Part shown: positions 18,006-27,910 of the stretch, one piece after another | How positions within the stretch are numbered: the first letter of the stretch is position 1 | How the letters are laid out: every line of letters starts with the position of its first letter | Notes under the pieces: model-generated | Database searches by the model: none | What the model saw: only the letters and a program-made list of their open reading frames with translations | Told to the model about the DNA's origin: nothing | Program-made: the position numbers and the translations under genes | NCBI GenBank assembly: GCA_048938855.1 | Contig: JBHLLT010000003.1 | Location: 1 to 64,000 of the forward strand | DNA length: 64,000 bases | Source: Promethearchaeota archaeon | GTDB taxonomy: Archaea > Asgardarchaeota > Lokiarchaeia > Sigyniarchaeales > SOKP01 | Reading direction: 5' to 3'

Positions 18006-19616
18006 ATGAAATCACAAGAGGAACTAGGAATTCCAATCCCAGCAAATAAGCCATTGGTTATCCGAACTATAAAAAAAGTCACAAAAGAACAAAGAGAATA
18101 TGCGTTGAAGAAAACAGAATATAATATGTTTTCTTTTCCAGCAGACTTGTTATTTGTAGATTTTTTGTCAGATTCAGGATCTGGAACAATGACAGATTTT
18201 CAATGGGCAGCTCTCTTTCATGGTGATGAGTCCTATGCCCGTAATAAAGGATATTATGTTCTTTTGGAAGCAATAAGGGATACCTTTGAAAGAGGAGATA
18301 AGCCGAAAAAATCAATTGATTTAATTATTTCCGGTGAGACAAATGTAGATAAATTAATGCATGAACTTTATATTACCTCTTATGAAGGAGGTTTTGTAAA
18401 TGGCGGGATTCATCAATTAACTCGACCAAATGCTTTCATAGTCCCACAAGGTCGATGTTCTGAACATTTGCTTTTCTCTACTATCGCACCAATTTTAAAG
18501 GAAAGAAAAGATATTTCATACTATATTCCGAATAATGGGCACTTCGATACAACCGAAGCTAATATCGTAGCCAATGGTATCAAAGCAGTAAATTTGTTTT
18601 CAGGAAATTTAATGGATGATTTTCCCTATGAAGATATGGATAAAAGAAACCCATTTAAAGGTAATATGGATTTAATAGCTCTTGAAAATCTAATTCAAGA
18701 AAAAGGTGTTGAAGCAATTCCCTTAATATATCTTACTATCACAAATAATACTGCCGCTGGTCAACCAGTATCAATGAAAAATATTAAAGAAGTTCATAAA
18801 ATTGCCAAAAAATATAATATCCCATTGTTCTTCGATGCTTGTCGATTCAGTGAAAACGCAAATTTTATCAAAGAATTTGAAGAAGGCTATCAGAATCACT
18901 CAATACAAAAAATCGTGCAAGAAATGTTCTCTTTTGTTGATGGATTTACGATAAGTTTCAAAAAAGATGGTTTAGCTAATATGGGTGGTGGATTCTTCTT
19001 TAAAGATAAGGGGTTATTCCATGAAAGGTTTTCTGCTGATGAAGATATTGGAATTATACTAAAAGAAAAGCAAATCTTAACCTTTGGAAATGATTCTTAT
19101 GGTGGAATGAGTGGAAGGGATATAATGGCTCTAGCTGCAGGACTTTATGAAGTAGTAAAATTACCTTATTTAAATGAAAGGAAAAGTCAAGTTAGGCGTT
19201 TTGCGAGAAAACTTGCTCAAAATGGAGTCCCTGTTATACTTCCTGCCGGTGGTCATGCTGTATACCTTGATATGTATAAATTCTTTCAAGGAACAGATAT
19301 GAAGATTGATGATTTTGGAGGTGTTGGATTTACAATTGAACTTCTAAAACACTATGGAATAAGAGCGGTTGAACTAGGACCCTTTGCTTTTGAGTGGGAT
19401 AAAAAAACTCCAGAGCAAAGAAAAGGTATACTTAATTTAGTTCGTTTTGCAATGCCAAGAAATGTATATAGTGCCTCTCATATTGATTACACAGTAGCAG
19501 CAATTACAGAACTCTATAAAAATAAAGATATAATCCCAAAAGTGAGGATTTCTCGTGGAGCAGAATTGCGATTAAGACATTTTCAAACGGGACTTCAGCC
19601 AGTTTATAAAAAATAG
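18006..19616 (+). CDS. tnaA: Tryptophanase (PLP-dependent beta-eliminating lyase)
   Basis: DFLSDSGS, GDESY, HFDTT, TITNN..GQPVS, DACRF.EN, SFKKD (PLP Lys). IRAVELG and LRHF are TnaA-type rather than tyrosine phenol-lyase-type (ERG, LRFF). Confidence 0.85.
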   Translation: MKSQEELGIPIPANKPLVIRTIKKVTKEQREYALKKTEYNMFSFPADLLFVDFLSDSGSGTMTDFQWAALFHGDESYARNKGYYVLLEAIRDTFERGDKPKKSIDLIISGETNVDKLMHELYITSYEGGFVNGGIHQLTRPNAFIVPQGRCSEHLLFSTIAPILKERKDISYYIPNNGHFDTTEANIVANGIKAVNLFSGNLMDDFPYEDMDKRNPFKGNMDLIALENLIQEKGVEAIPLIYLTITNNTAAGQPVSMKNIKEVHKIAKKYNIPLFFDACRFSENANFIKEFEEGYQNHSIQKIVQEMFSFVDGFTISFKKDGLANMGGGFFFKDKGLFHERFSADEDIGIILKEKQILTFGNDSYGGMSGRDIMALAAGLYEVVKLPYLNERKSQVRRFARKLAQNGVPVILPAGGHAVYLDMYKFFQGTDMKIDDFGGVGFTIELLKHYGIRAVELGPFAFEWDKKTPEQRKGILNLVRFAMPRNVYSASHIDYTVAAITELYKNKDIIPKVRISRGAELRLRHFQTGLQPVYKK

Positions 19617-19702
19617 ATAAATAACAAATTGTAAACTTATTAAAATTAAATTTATAGTGCTTCTATATCCTTAAAAAGTATAAAATTATGATATTAGATG
19701 TT

Positions 19703-20002
19703 TTATATATCTAACATCCTTAATTTCTGTGAAATATTTTTTCTTCTAAGAATCTTCATGAAATCGTCCTTTCTCTGTTGAAGTCGTGTTAAGAAGGAAT
19801 CTAGCTTGTCGAAATTATTAAAAAAGTACTCTTTACCATCAACCATAATTTTAACTCCCTTCCTTTCATTTTCAAGAATCGCATAAATTCCGCCTACTTC
19901 TGAGTCATGTTTAATAAATACTTTCTCTGCCTCGGGATATTTTTCATTTCCTTTTTTTGCCCAGAAATTATTCTTTAATAAATATGATCGATACATACTC
20001 AT
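19703..20002 (-). CDS. Small hypothetical protein (likely start MSMYRSY at 20002)
   Basis: ORF with typical composition; GTGG RBS-like sequence before the ATG at 20002. Confidence 0.55.
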   Translation of the reverse strand: MSMYRSYLLKNNFWAKKGNEKYPEAEKVFIKHDSEVGGIYAILENERKGVKIMVDGKEYFFNNFDKLDSFLTRLQQRKDDFMKILRRKNISQKLRMLDI

Positions 20003-20366
20003 TTTTACCACACACAACCGTTTTTGTTTAATTATGATAAGTCATCGAGATATGCTTATTCATATACTCATTATGACCATCGACATATAGTTCTAAATAT
20101 TATATATTAAAGTCAATTTATAATACACAGTAATATGCAAGAAACATATCACGCGTATAATATAGAACTTTAATTCTATACTACACAAGAAATATAGTTA
20201 CCATAAGTCCTTTTAAATCACTAAGTAAAAAGCTCTGAAGTATTTACTAAAGAATTTTTACTTAGGGTTAAGGTAAAAAAAGTTCGGTTGGAAAATTTTG
20301 CATGAAGATATGAAATTAATTAGTTTTATTTAGAATGAGGTCTAGAAATGGTTTAGTGATTAATGT

Positions 20367-21244
20367 ATGACAAGTCAAAAAATTAAATTGGGCGAAAACT
20401 CAGGCTATATCACTATTGATGAAATTAAACTTCATTATGTTATTGAAGGAAAGGGGATTCCGTGTCTAGTTATTGGCATGCCATCAAGCTTCTACCGTCC
20501 AATTTTTTCTAGTAAAATAAAAGAGCATATTAAATTTATTTTCGTAGGTTTTAAGATATTTAAACCTTCTGTTTCCATTAATGTGAGTAATTTATCCATG
20601 GATACCATAATAAAAGATCTTGAAAAAATACGCAATGCATTAGGTTTTGAAAAGATTGCTGTATTGGGACATTCTGCATTTGGTATTGTAGCTCTTGAAT
20701 ACGCTTTTAAATATCCAGAGTACGTATCTCATATTATAATGATTTGCTCTTTTCCACCAAACACAACAGAAGAGTATTTAAAAAAGGATCTGGATTTTGG
20801 GAATCTGACGCAACTAAAGAAAGGAAAATGATTCGAGAGAAAAATAATGAACCTCTTACAAAAGATTTTTTAGGTAGAGTATCTCCTACTAAAGCTCTTA
20901 TATTACAATATGTAGCTAACGCCCCAGTTTATTGGTATAATCCAACCTATGATTGTTCATGGATTTGGGAAGGAATTGAACTTAATATGGATTTATTTAA
21001 TTACTTCTATTCTAATATTGTCAGAGGAAGAAATATTACAAATAATATCTTAAATAATACAATTCCTATATTTCTCGCGATGGGCCGGTATGATTATTCG
21101 GCACCATATATACTTTGGGAAGATCTAATTAATGAGATTCCTAATTTGACATATTATCTATTTGAAAAAAGTGGTCATTACCCAATGCTCGAGGAACAAA
21201 TGTTATTTGATAGAAGACTTATTAATTGGATCAAAAAGCTTTAA
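20367..21244 (+). pseudogene. Alpha/beta hydrolase (proline iminopeptidase-like) split by a -1 frameshift at ~20777-20786
   Basis: ORF1 carries the GHSAFG nucleophile elbow. ORF2 carries G.YD and FEKSGHYP (Asp/His). The frames meet at T TTA AAA AAG. Confidence 0.8.
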
Positions 21245-21281
21245 AAAAATAGGAAGAAATTAATTACGATTAAATCTTAAT

Positions 21282-22073
21282 TTATGGATATTTTTCATTT
21301 AAGCTATTAATGAAATCCTCTAATTCCTTCATTGTAAACTTTTTTGGATCATAAGCCATTTTCCCACACTCGTCTTCTAAATCCAAGCATGACTTAATAT
21401 AGGCTTTATTCATAATCCGTAACATTGTTTTAGTAAAGAAACTAAATTCTTTTTGATATTTTACTATCTGTTTTGCAAAATTGAAAGTCTCAGTATCAAG
21501 CTTTTCAATTGGAAAAATACGAGTTGGAAAGTTGATATTTTTTAATTCTTCTAACCCAATTTTATCAGTGGTAAATAGCAAATTCTTTGCATAAGTTAAT
21601 CCAAATGCTAATAAAGGCAAAAGAGTTGCTCCCGTTTGAGGAAATGCCGAAATTGCAAGTTCTGGTAATCTTAAATACAATTGTTCCTTAGGTTTGTCGG
21701 CAAAAACCTTCAAATCAGAGCCCAAAATAATCATAAAGCCAAGTCCTATCGCAATTCCTTGGACCTGAGTTATTATTATTTTTTTCATCAATATCACAGT
21801 TTCATTAACCTTTCTACCCCACTCAGTTATTTGTGCTACATTTTCAGGAGCGCCTTGAATCTCCTTTAAATCATAACCAGCAGAAAAGAATCTATCTCCA
21901 GTACTCTTTATAATAATACATTCAACTTTCTCATCTTCATCTGCTTTCAATAATTTTTGATATATTGCTTTTAACATCGCGATATTACATGAATTTGCTT
22001 TATCGGGTCTATTTATTGTTATAGTTGCTATCCGCCCTTTCGCTTCATATAGAATGAAATCTTGATTGCTCAT
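21282..22073 (-). CDS. Enoyl-CoA hydratase/isomerase (crotonase) family protein
   Basis: ITINRPDKAN, FFSAGYDL, LPE motifs; the first catalytic Glu position is replaced (GLGFM). Confidence 0.85.
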   Translation of the reverse strand: MSNQDFILYEAKGRIATITINRPDKANSCNIAMLKAIYQKLLKADEDEKVECIIIKSTGDRFFSAGYDLKEIQGAPENVAQITEWGRKVNETVILMKKIIITQVQGIAIGLGFMIILGSDLKVFADKPKEQLYLRLPELAISAFPQTGATLLPLLAFGLTYAKNLLFTTDKIGLEELKNINFPTRIFPIEKLDTETFNFAKQIVKYQKEFSFFTKTMLRIMNKAYIKSCLDLEDECGKMAYDPKKFTMKELEDFINSLNEKYP

Positions 22074-22174
22074 AATATCTTTAACCTAACTTCACATATA
22101 AAATATATTAAACTGGTATGGAAGAGCTAAATCTTAATATGTTTATTACTTTTATAACAATTAGGTGAAATACC

Positions 22175-23101
22175 ATGAAAATCAGACCGTATAAAGATAG
22201 TGATAAATTGTGCGTTGTATCAGTATTAAATGAAGTCTATAAGGATATCAATCCGACTTTAATAATTAATGAGGAAGTATTTGATTCAGATATGAAAGTT
22301 GATGGGGATCAAACTATTCTTTCACGTGATTATATTGTAGCAGAAGATGAAAGTGGAGAAATAGTAGGTTTTGCCGGGCTTTATAAATCCTCCAAACGTG
22401 ATTATTGGGGTCTTGACCTTTTTATGTTGCCTAAATTCTTTAAATCCAAACGAATGGTAGAATTATTTCATTCTGCACTTATACTAGCAAAAAAACAAGA
22501 TGCTCCAGAACTTCGCTTCATCAGAATTAAATATACATTTGAAGATACCCCACTGCATGATGAAATAAAAAAAATGGGACTAGAACCAGTGAATTATGGT
22601 TTTTGGATGCGTTTAGACGATTTCAGTTCCCAACCACAATTAAAAATTCCGAGTAATATAAAAATACAAAAAGAAAAAGTATTAAATGATATAAGTAGTT
22701 ATGTTGCTGTTCGTAATGATGCATTTAGTAAACATTTTGATTTTAGAGCCCTTACTGAAGAAGAATTAAAGGAAGTTCTGGAAGGCATTTGGAAAGATTA
22801 TAATCAAGAGCACTGGTTTGCCTATGATGGTGATAAATTAGTAGGGATATGCTCTTCAATTATTAATCCAGAAATAAAGCATATTGGAATAATTAATAAT
22901 TTGGGAGTGCTTCATGAATATCATCATCGCAAAATTGGCAGTTCATTGCTAGGACATGGAATTCACTCACTTATTAAAAAGGGATGTAAACAGATTGAAT
23001 TAGGAGTAGAGGGAAAAAACGAAAAAGCATTAAATCTTTATAAAAAGTATGGTTTTAATCAAGTAGAATCACGTACGATAATAGTATATACGATTAAATA
23101 G
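22175..23101 (+). CDS. Tandem GNAT acetyltransferase (MshD-like architecture)
   Basis: Two GNAT domains; the C-terminal one has GV..EYHHRKIGS and N.KA..LY.KYGF. Confidence 0.85.
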   Translation: MKIRPYKDSDKLCVVSVLNEVYKDINPTLIINEEVFDSDMKVDGDQTILSRDYIVAEDESGEIVGFAGLYKSSKRDYWGLDLFMLPKFFKSKRMVELFHSALILAKKQDAPELRFIRIKYTFEDTPLHDEIKKMGLEPVNYGFWMRLDDFSSQPQLKIPSNIKIQKEKVLNDISSYVAVRNDAFSKHFDFRALTEEELKEVLEGIWKDYNQEHWFAYDGDKLVGICSSIINPEIKHIGIINNLGVLHEYHHRKIGSSLLGHGIHSLIKKGCKQIELGVEGKNEKALNLYKKYGFNQVESRTIIVYTIK

Positions 23102-23159
23102 ATAAATTAAATACAAATTATTCATAAAATAATTTAAATTTAAGAGATAGGAAATAGAT

Positions 23160-23897
23160 TTGAAAACTATAAGAAAAATATTAACCCTTTTTGTGGTTAT
23201 CTCTATTATCTCACTTTCTTCTACAACTAATTCATTGTGTATTGATTATGGTTATAGCGTTAAAGAAGGTGAAGAACATATATGGACTGTGATGGTGGGA
23301 AATCAGGCTATTCTCCTAGCTCAAGGTTCAAAATTTAGAGTAGTTATCGAAGGCAATTATAATGGAACCTGGATTGAGGATTCTACACCATATTTAGGTA
23401 CAATTCTTAATTATTCAATCGAAGTTTATAGCACCTTTTATACAAATCCAACATGGGATGTATTGTTTAATGGAAGTGCGATATTTTTCAATGAAACCAC
23501 AAGAGTTTTATTCACTAGTTTTACAACTGATTGGCATATTGCACTTTTTGGAATGTTATTCTTTATACCTACTCCGGTTAACCTAACGTGGATTGGTGAT
23601 TATTTGAACCAAACTTCATTAATATTATTTGATGATTACAATATAAATGGAAATAGCTTAATTATGCAAAATATTACTTCTAATATTAATTTCACATTCG
23701 ACTTTAACGAAAATGGTACATTAACTGAATATAAAGTAAGTTCGGGTGGATCAATTGGTTATCAAATAAAGTATGGAAATATTCAGTTAAACAATCAAAT
23801 TCCATTTGGAAATCTCTACCTAATCATTGTTCCATCTACAATTATAATCATTATTATCCCTACTTATTACAAACTAAGAAAATGGAAAAATTATTAG
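23160..23897 (+). CDS. Secreted protein with C-terminal IPFG-type (Loki-CTERM-like) anchor
   Basis: Signal peptide, many N-x-T/S sequons, C-terminal IPFGN + TM + KLRKWK. Confidence 0.75.
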   Translation: MKTIRKILTLFVVISIISLSSTTNSLCIDYGYSVKEGEEHIWTVMVGNQAILLAQGSKFRVVIEGNYNGTWIEDSTPYLGTILNYSIEVYSTFYTNPTWDVLFNGSAIFFNETTRVLFTSFTTDWHIALFGMLFFIPTPVNLTWIGDYLNQTSLILFDDYNINGNSLIMQNITSNINFTFDFNENGTLTEYKVSSGGSIGYQIKYGNIQLNNQIPFGNLYLIIVPSTIIIIIIPTYYKLRKWKNY

Positions 23898-24298
23898 ATC
23901 ATTTCGTTTTTTAACTTTCAGTTTAATTTAACGCATTAAAATGGTTTTTTCTTGGTAGTTAGGAACTTTTAGGAACTCCTCAATAAAATTGATATCTAGA
24001 TATTATTAGTGTTTTAATTCTAAGGTTATCAAATCATTCTTATAATTTCGCATTGGAAATACTAACGTACGAAAAAGTCAATTAAAATATACAAAATTGA
24101 AGAAAAATTTTCAAGAGTTAATGATCTAGGAAATATGTATGTAATAATATGATTAATTTCGTCTATTAAACATTAAATTTAGATTGTGAGTATTATCATA
24201 ACGAAAAAAATCTGAAATAATTGAGTTCAAATATATTAATGGATAAATATTTACTTATAATTGCAAGAAGGAAACATGTATTTTTCAGCACATAAGGG

Positions 24299-24619
24299 TT
24301 GAGGTGGTATAGGCTAAAATTGATCTCGGAAGTAGAGTTTTTTACAGAAATTTTCAAAGATTTTCTTGGTTTAGATGGTAATTTCTATGAGAATGATTTG
24401 TGGAGATCTCATTCAATTCTAAAGTTGATGAATAGTTCAAATGAACTTGTTGACAAAAAAATTATAGAAGAGGGTCTCAAAATCATTATCAACTTATATA
24501 ATTTTAAAGAATGTGGTGCACTATCTGATTGTTATGAGATAGGAAGCTACACCATTAATGAATTAGCAGAATCAGAAAAAACTCTACTTGGATCAATTTT
24601 GAAGGCGGAATTTATTTAA
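24299..24619 (+). CDS. Hypothetical protein (start uncertain, possibly TTG at 24320)
   Basis: ORF of about 100 aa; GAGG/AGG RBS-like elements; converges on the PUA gene with an 8-bp overlap. Confidence 0.55.
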   Translation: MRWYRLKLISEVEFFTEIFKDFLGLDGNFYENDLWRSHSILKLMNSSNELVDKKIIEEGLKIIINLYNFKECGALSDCYEIGSYTINELAESEKTLLGSILKAEFI

Positions 24620-25118
24620 ATTGCTTTTCAAAGTCCCATACAGAATCTTGAATTGTGTGAATATTCTTTATAACTTTTCCAGAAGCTTTTGTTTCCATTT
24701 CAGGAGCATCAAACAATGCTTTTCCTACAGCTAATGGTCTATTTTTTGTTTCTTCTATGATTCTCACGATATCTCCTTTTTTAATTAAAGGATCTATCTT
24801 AGTGATCCCTGGACGCATTACATCAGCACCATTTGTTACATATCTAACGGCTCCAAAATCGACAACAATAGTTTTCAAATCTACTTGGTTTTTAATTAAT
24901 AATGTTAGTACTGGAATATATCCATCTTTGGATTTCCACAATTTTAGGACATTATTGATTGCAAATAAAGTATCTCCTGCTTCGGTTTCAACAACCTCGA
25001 CATTGCATTTAGCAGGAAAGATTTGATTCACAAATTTTTGATCATATTGTTGTAAAATCTCTTTTTTTAAGGGTTTGATTTCGGATTTTCGTATGAAGTG
25101 CCTATTTTTTATTTTCAT
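24612..25118 (-). CDS. PUA-domain RNA-binding protein (DUF1947 + PUA; archaeal MCT-1/Tma20 homologue)
   Basis: VVDFGAV..V.NGADVMRPGI, GKVIKNIH...D.VW motifs. Confidence 0.9.
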   Translation of the reverse strand: MKIKNRHFIRKSEIKPLKKEILQQYDQKFVNQIFPAKCNVEVVETEAGDTLFAINNVLKLWKSKDGYIPVLTLLIKNQVDLKTIVVDFGAVRYVTNGADVMRPGITKIDPLIKKGDIVRIIEETKNRPLAVGKALFDAPEMETKASGKVIKNIHTIQDSVWDFEKQFK

Positions 25119-25281
25119 GTTTCAAAAGAGAATTAAAATTTACTAAAATAAAAAGTTTAATTTTATAATTTTTAAAATTGCAATTATCTTATTTATAATT
25201 AGAAATCTACTTGAATTTAAATTTCTAAATCTTTACGAATGAGTCTTCAATTCTCTAATAATAAAAAATGGAAATATAATT

Positions 25282-25824
25282 ATGAGTAAAGTTTTTACTT
25301 CTGCTGTTGTGATTATCCCTCCAGAAGAAAGTTGGAATCCAATTCAAGAAATTCGTAAAAAATATGATCAACATATTTATCGTTGGATGCCCCATATTAC
25401 ATTGTTATATCCATTTAGAGCCGAAAATGAATATCCAAAACTTGAAAAAGAATTTTCTAATAAGTGTAATCATATTGAGTTTTTTGAAATTCACTTAAAG
25501 CAATTCAAATTTTTTAACCATGGGAAGCAAAGATATACAATGTGGTTAAATCCAGAACCCATTGAATCAATTAAAGATTTACAATCAAAAATTCTAGAAA
25601 TAGTTCCGGATTGTAATGATGTAAATAAATACAAGTATGGATTTAAACCGCATTTGAGTCTGGGACAAATAGAAGGAAAAAGCAATTTAGATTATGTGAT
25701 TAATAAGCTACAAAACAAATGGAAGCCTATCAGGTTTTTATTAGATAAAATCCACTTTATCTCTCGAGAACAACACAAGAAATCGAAATTTGAAGTAATT
25801 AAATCAATAAGCTTGCAAAATTAA
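25282..25824 (+). CDS. 2H phosphoesterase / 2'-5' RNA ligase family protein
   Basis: Two HxT/S motifs: RWMPHITLLYPF and FKPHLSLGQ. Confidence 0.9.
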   Translation: MSKVFTSAVVIIPPEESWNPIQEIRKKYDQHIYRWMPHITLLYPFRAENEYPKLEKEFSNKCNHIEFFEIHLKQFKFFNHGKQRYTMWLNPEPIESIKDLQSKILEIVPDCNDVNKYKYGFKPHLSLGQIEGKSNLDYVINKLQNKWKPIRFLLDKIHFISREQHKKSKFEVIKSISLQN

Positions 25825-25843
25825 ATCTAAGCATTTAAGAATC

Positions 25844-25884
25844 TAATACAAATTCAATTACTGATTGTATTGAGATTTGTATTA
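25844..25884. repeat. Imperfect inverted repeat (15-bp arms, 10-nt spacer) just upstream of a TATA-like box
   Basis: TAATACAAATTCAAT / ATTGAGATTTGTATTA with one bulge; TTTATATAAA at 25896-25905. Confidence 0.5.
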
Positions 25885-26154
25885 TTAGAAATGGATTTAT
25901 ATAAACCATTTATGATATTTGGAGGGATTTCCATAATTTGTGAATTAATATTCGAGGTGTCTAATATGCTGAAGAAAAAAAATTTACCGAGAAGTGTAAA
26001 ATGATTTTTATTACATTAAGAAAATATTCTTTCAAGGCTTAAAATCAAAAAACGAATAAAACTTAAAGGATAATAATTAAAATTTTTATATTCGAATTTC
26101 ATTAATTAATTAATTAAAAACTTAAAATTAACAAAAAAAGACAGTATCAAAATC

Positions 26155-26736
26155 ATGACGGATGATAAAGAAAAAGGAGACATTGTATTTCAAGGAAAAA
26201 CTGAGATGATATTTAAGATAATTGTAATTGGAGACCCTGCAGTCGGTAAAACTAGTCTTTTGACAAATTTTTGTGGTGAAAAATTTACTTATGAATATGT
26301 ACCAACTGTAGGAGTAAATATTACTAAGGAACCAGTCACCATCAAGGACGATATGGGGAAGGATATCACTGTGAATCTTATGATCTGGGATATAGCCGGA
26401 CAGCCGCAATTCTACATGCTTCACAGGCCATACTTTAACGGGGCGGATGGGATGATGTTAGTTTATGATATCACGCGATCTAGTTCATTTTCAAATATCA
26501 ACAATTGGTATAGTACAGCTGTTAAATATGCCCTTTCAGGAATTCCACGTGTCCTTGTCGGTAATAAGATTGATTTAAAAGACGAAAGAAAGATTATACT
26601 TCCAATGGCTGAACATTTAAGTGAAAAATTAGCTGCTCCCTTTTTTGAAACTTCAGCATTAACAGGAGAAAATGTAAAATTAATCTTTCAAAAAATTGCT
26701 GAATTGACTCTACATTCAAAATTGGAAGAAAAATAA
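26155..26736 (+). CDS. Rab-like small GTPase
   Basis: GDPAVGKTS, YVPTVG, WDIAGQ, NKID, ETSAL; no C-terminal prenylation Cys. Confidence 0.95.
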   Translation: MTDDKEKGDIVFQGKTEMIFKIIVIGDPAVGKTSLLTNFCGEKFTYEYVPTVGVNITKEPVTIKDDMGKDITVNLMIWDIAGQPQFYMLHRPYFNGADGMMLVYDITRSSSFSNINNWYSTAVKYALSGIPRVLVGNKIDLKDERKIILPMAEHLSEKLAAPFFETSALTGENVKLIFQKIAELTLHSKLEEK

Positions 26737-26863
26737 TATTTGTATTTCTGTTTCACTTTCTATATTCTCATTTTTTAAATCTTTAATGGATTTTATTTTT
26801 AGACAGAAATATATAAAAATCAAAATATCTTAGTTCAATTCGAAAATTCATAAGGTGAGTTTT

Positions 26864-27013
26864 ATGCCTATTCTTGAAAGAAAAATCGAAATTAATGTAC
26901 CCGTTACGAGAATTTGGGAAGTTTTATCAAATGTAGAGCATATCCCTAAATCGAATTTTTCTATAACTGAACTGAATCTTCAAAAATCTAAAAAATTCTT
27001 GAGGTTTAAATAG
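26864..27013 (+). pseudogene. Truncated SRPBCC/START-like gene remnant
   Basis: AGGTGA RBS followed by MPILERKIEINVPVTRIWEVLSNVEHIPK..., a typical SRPBCC N-terminus, but it stops after 49 codons. Confidence 0.6.
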
Positions 27014-27207
27014 ATTTCTTTAGAACTAGTTATATTACTTTGATCACTATTTAGCTCTTTTCAATTGAAAGAATAGAGAGAAGAAAATATATTATTAATT
27101 TCATAAAATCTACTTCTAAAACTTATTCTCTTGAATTCTCTCTATACTATTAATAGAGCTTGATTGTGAGTAAACAAGAGGAAATCAAAAGTAATTAAAA
27201 TTATAGG

Positions 27208-27783
27208 TTAACCCTTAACAGATAGTTTATTTACCCAGAAAGTAATTTTTTCTTTTAGAGATTCTTTCATATCATCTGGGATCGTTTTTAAGCCAGTTAA
27301 TCTATTCGCAAATTGTCCAATTTCATACAGAATTCTATGACCTCCAGTAAAAACAAAGATTTCTTCTTTAATGTTTTCTAGACTCTCAACAATAGTTTCT
27401 GAATTATTATTCTGTTGAAGATATTTTTCTAGTGCATTAAATTGGTATATTATTGCTTGTTTTTTATCAGTAGCAGATGTATCTCTTTCAATTTCTTCAG
27501 CTTTAGCCTCTTTTGAGTGAAAGGAAATCTCTGATCTCTGAATTAGAGATCTAATAAGGTCCAGTTCTTCTTCGAGAATTTTTTGATTTTCAATTACATT
27601 ATTTAGTTGAGGTGCTAACGCTTTTATGTTGAGAGTTGCTTTACTTAACTCATTGATTTTATCAGTTAATATATTCATATTTAAGTTAATCTGGCCCAAT
27701 TTTGTGATAATATCTAACCCAAATTTTTCAAGGATCGATGCAAATTTATCTATTTTGTTATTAGGGCTGTCTGAATTAGTCAA
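27208..27783 (-). CDS. Hypothetical coiled-coil protein with a C-terminal helical domain shared with 55129-57330
   Basis: Heptad-rich N-half; C-terminal QF...LE...G..IL...LK..I.FW..KL. Confidence 0.75.
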   Translation of the reverse strand: MTNSDSPNNKIDKFASILEKFGLDIITKLGQINLNMNILTDKINELSKATLNIKALAPQLNNVIENQKILEEELDLIRSLIQRSEISFHSKEAKAEEIERDTSATDKKQAIIYQFNALEKYLQQNNNSETIVESLENIKEEIFVFTGGHRILYEIGQFANRLTGLKTIPDDMKESLKEKITFWVNKLSVKG

Positions 27784-27910
27784 TATACTTCCTCTTTGAT
27801 TCTTGATTAAAAACTTTTTAAAATATTGAAATAAAGTACTTTTACAAAAATTAATTTTTATCGAAATTTATTATTAAATTAATATAATGCTATTATAAAA
27901 AATTTCTCAA

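Noticed and set aside
19983-20090. Degenerate repeats (ATACTCATT twice, CATCGA.ATAT twice) around the small ORF start
   Set aside because: Short and irregularly spaced; not a CRISPR array and too weak to call an operator.
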